Positions 61,257-64,000 of a stretch of DNA of 64,000 nt are shown piece by piece. Below the pieces are notes generated by a model that worked only from the letters and a program-made list of their open reading frames with translations, did no database searches and was not told where the DNA came from. The DNA comes from Methanobacteriota archaeon. Lineage in GTDB: Archaea; Halobacteriota; Bog-38; Methanoflorentales; Methanoflorentaceae. How positions within the stretch are numbered: position 1 is the first letter of the stretch; each line of letters starts with the position of its first letter. The DNA is taken from the NCBI GenBank assembly GCA_963720465.1, contig OY970393.1:1568001-1632000 (forward strand), in the 5' to 3' direction. The translations under genes and the position numbers were made by a program.

Positions 61257-61562
61257 CTCCGCGTTTTTTAACCTCTCTTAGATCGAAACATCTCTCCAAC
61301 AGGCGAGCGCAGCGGCTATTAGGCTTGAAAGAAGGATATTGGGTGCCTTTTTTCCCTGCACGTTGGCTCAGACCGCCTTAGAATGATAAAGCCCTCCAGG
61401 TTCTGTGGTCAATAGGGATCGAGATCAAGTGCGTGGGAAAGATCCGATTTGTGAGGCCGCTGTGCTGCCTTAATGGCGTTTGCAGTGGTGGTGCGATTTC
61501 GCTACAACGCTACAATAATATATGCATGGAGACCAAACTACAAGGAATTAAGGAGTGGTCTC

Positions 61563-61748
61563 ATGCTAGACAAGACGATTTCTGAGCATTTTGTTGACAA
61601 AACGATAGAAGTGTACTTCGGTGGCAGACCGAACGAAACCCTCACCGGTAAGGTCGTCGGAAGCGCGGATGGCGTTGTTGTGCTCGAGCACGATGGGCGC
61701 CGAGATTTCATCAACGTCGGAAAAGTTGCAGCCTTTTGGGAAGTGTAG
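61563..61748 (+). CDS. Small MM0924-like (Sm/LSm-like fold) protein, copy 2
   Basis: AGGAG SD; paralogue of 11876-12061. Confidence 0.85.
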   Translation: MLDKTISEHFVDKTIEVYFGGRPNETLTGKVVGSADGVVVLEHDGRRDFINVGKVAAFWEV

Positions 61749-61950
61749 GTCTGGCACCCCGACGGCGGCCGCCAGTTCAGCGGCCTCTATTGCCCTGCTC
61801 TGCAATCTAGGGGGCTAATCGACGCTTGGCCTCGTACTTGCATTAGGTCGGTTTAGCTAATCGGTCGCCTCGCCGCATCTTGTACACGGCTTAGATAAGC
61901 GTGGTCGCTATCGCGGCCTCTTAGACGCGCACTATCGTGAGCGTTTGACC

Positions 61951-62475
61951 TTAGGTTTTTGTTTTGCGTGGCTTGCAGAGGATTTCGCGGACTTCAAGCT
62001 CATAGAACTCGTCGCTTGTCGCCGCCTTAGTCACGAGCGCCGTGTCGAGCCCTTTCGAACTCCCACCAAGCGCCACGACCTCAGAACCTGGTTCGACGAT
62101 CCCTACCTGCGCAGCGATCAGCGTGAGTTCGACAGCCACTTTTGTGCCTTGTCCGAACCTGCGAAAGGCATTTTTCACCTCATCGGAGTATTGGTAGTCA
62201 ACTTCTTTGTAAAACACGAGTTTAAAGCCCGCATTCTCAATGTGCTTTTTGGTTTCGGGCGAAAAACGCGATGGATCGGTACCGACGAAAAAGAGCGTGA
62301 GTTGGTCAGTCGCGAAGAAATCGAGCGCTTTTTCTGCAGAAGCTCCCCGCACCGAAGGAATCAAGATTTGGCGTATGCCTAGTTCCTTAGCACGCTCTCT
62401 CGCGATGTTGAGTACGGCAGCGGTGTTTTCCTCTCCAGGAGCGTCGAAGTAGGTTATTTTTCTTTCTATTGCCAT
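61951..62475 (-). CDS. COG1751/MTH1675-like pyruvate-kinase C-terminal alpha/beta domain protein
   Basis: ITYFDAPGEENT, FGQGTKVAVE, GGS.KGLDTA, VREILCKP; GGAGGT SD. Confidence 0.9.
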   Translation of the reverse strand: MAIERKITYFDAPGEENTAAVLNIARERAKELGIRQILIPSVRGASAEKALDFFATDQLTLFFVGTDPSRFSPETKKHIENAGFKLVFYKEVDYQYSDEVKNAFRRFGQGTKVAVELTLIAAQVGIVEPGSEVVALGGSSKGLDTALVTKAATSDEFYELEVREILCKPRKTKT

Positions 62476-62705
62476 TGTGGTAGTACCTCCTTATGGCCGA
62501 ACCTATGGCGGTTAGAACGCGTAAAGGTTTCTATGAGGTCTGGTGGGCGCCAAAAAGGCTTTCGTTTTTTTGACTCATTTATAAACCTCGATAAACGCAT
62601 TGCACGTGCCGTGGTACTTGTCGGTAGCGCAAGAGCAAAAGTAGTAAGTGCGCAGTGTTCTGAACACCGCTACGCGCCCTTGGACCATTACGAGGCAGAC
62701 CTGTG

Positions 62706-63071
62706 CTACGGCTTTCGCAACGCCCGAGAGAGTGCGTCGAGCGTACTCTTGTAGTCAGTTATCTCGCCTTCGCTTGGCAATGGCACGACGCACGAAAGCT
62801 CTGCACTGATCCGTTCGTGCGTTTCTGTGTCGAGTTCGAGCGCCTGCAGTGCAGCTTCGGTAATAACCCAAAATGCATGCCGGTGTGATACTTCGTTGAT
62901 GGACTCGAGGCTCACCACGCCGAGCTGGACTGTGTCGTTTCGTGCCCGACCTTCCAGACCGGCGTATAATAGCACAAGTTGAGCCTGCAACATGTACGGT
63001 CCGAAGCGATCGGCTTTGCACCCATTGTTGGTGCGATACTTCCATTCGACCGCGTATGTCGGCCTAGCCAT
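62706..63071 (-). CDS. Hypothetical protein (121 aa), probably co-transcribed with the aldehyde dehydrogenase
   Basis: ATG 6 nt after the ALDH stop; no motif recognised. Confidence 0.6.
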   Translation of the reverse strand: MARPTYAVEWKYRTNNGCKADRFGPYMLQAQLVLLYAGLEGRARNDTVQLGVVSLESINEVSHRHAFWVITEAALQALELDTETHERISAELSCVVPLPSEGEITDYKSTLDALSRALRKP

Positions 63072-63077
63072 TCACGC

Positions 63078-64000
63078 TCACGCTCGCGTCTGTGTCTGCT
63101 CGCGCATATAGGAAAGCAGGTAGTAGGGTCCGCCGGCTCCCTTCCCAGTTAGTCCGCTCGCCTTCCATCCGCCAAACGGTTGAACACCGGGCCAGGCACC
63201 CGTCGTGGCACCGCCCCGCCGATTCGCGTAACACACGCCAAACTGTATCGACGCGAAGAACCGCTGAATCTCGTCCTCGTCCTCAGAAAAAATGCCTGCG
63301 GTGAGACCGTATTCGGTTGCGTTCGCTTCTTTTAAGCCCTCTTCGAGTGATGTGACGGTGTCGATGAGTATGAATGGCACGAAGAGCTCATCCCGGAAGA
63401 GACGGTGGCTTCGGGGAAGCCGGGTCATTATCGTGGGACGCACGTAGCACCCCTTGCCGCACACACCGTCCCGCAGTACGGATCCGCCTGCTATCAGAGT
63501 TCCTCCGTCCTTCTTACCGTCTTCAACGGCGTCTTTGAATTTTGTGAGCGCAATGTGGTCGACCAGTGGGCCGACAAGAACGGTGCTCTTGCGCGGGTCG
63601 CCCACTATCACCTCTTCGGTCTTGACGCGCAGCCTTTCGATGAATTCAGGTGCCACAGCTGCATCGACATATGCGCGCGACGTGGCGCTGCACTTCTGCC
63701 CACCATAGCCGAAAGCCCCTTTAAGCACCCCGTCCACCGCCTTGTCAAGGTCGGCGTGAGCGGTGACGATAACGGGATTTTTGCTTCCCATCTCAGCGAC
63801 AAAAGGCTTTGGATAAGGTTGGCGTGCGGCAAAGTTGCGCTGCAGCCATACCCCCGCATCGCGCGATCCCGTAAATGCAATGCCGCCGACGTCCGGATGC
63901 GCTACCGCGACAGCCCCAAAGGGTTCTCCCGGACCGGTGATCGCATTTAGCACGCCGTCGGGAATCCCTACTCCCGCGCACGCCGCATACAGCTTTAGAC
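63078..64000 (-). CDS. Aldehyde dehydrogenase (P5C-dehydrogenase-like), 5' end beyond the window
   Basis: GIPDGVLN, FTGS, AEMGSKN, FGYGGQKCSA, ELFVP, YGLTAG, QPFGGWKASG; frame open to the window edge. Confidence 0.93.
   Translation of the reverse strand, partial: LKLYAACAGVGIPDGVLNAITGPGEPFGAVAVAHPDVGGIAFTGSRDAGVWLQRNFAARQPYPKPFVAEMGSKNPVIVTAHADLDKAVDGVLKGAFGYGGQKCSATSRAYVDAAVAPEFIERLRVKTEEVIVGDPRKSTVLVGPLVDHIALTKFKDAVEDGKKDGGTLIAGGSVLRDGVCGKGCYVRPTIMTRLPRSHRLFRDELFVPFILIDTVTSLEEGLKEANATEYGLTAGIFSEDEDEIQRFFASIQFGVCYANRRGGATTGAWPGVQPFGGWKASGLTGKGAGGPYYLLSYMREQTQTRA

Overview
Archaeal chromosomal segment, most likely from a methanogen-related Halobacteriota lineage. This is inferred from cdc6/orc1 with ORB boxes, PGF-CTERM surface proteins, hxlB, DUF1786, COG1751, MM0924-like genes, GGTGA-type Shine-Dalgarno sites and archaeal PyrH/CoaD. 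A core block (about 22.8-41 kb) holds a replication origin next to cdc6, plus tmk, pyrH, coaD, hisF, moaB and a CBS-domain gene triplet. The left accessory arm holds a split NHEJ operon (Ku, ligase, and the start of a phosphoesterase gene missed by the ORF track), Ig-repeat surface proteins and HtrA. It also holds a tRNA 3' fragment that looks like an att scar, an unusual family-A DNA polymerase, an hsdM remnant, and a metal cluster (CDF, CbiMNQO, ArsR plus P1B-ATPase). The right accessory arm holds a rearranged kdp locus with a USP gene inside it, a tyrosine-integrase pseudogene and many small genes. The most unusual item is the PolA. It lacks the 5' nuclease, has lost the acidic residues of all three 3'-5' exonuclease motifs, and carries a reciprocal I>F / F>I swap in motifs A and B. 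It lies about 8 kb from the NHEJ genes. No rRNA, complete tRNA, CRISPR array or intact transposase was seen. All calls come from reading motifs by eye; no database search was run.
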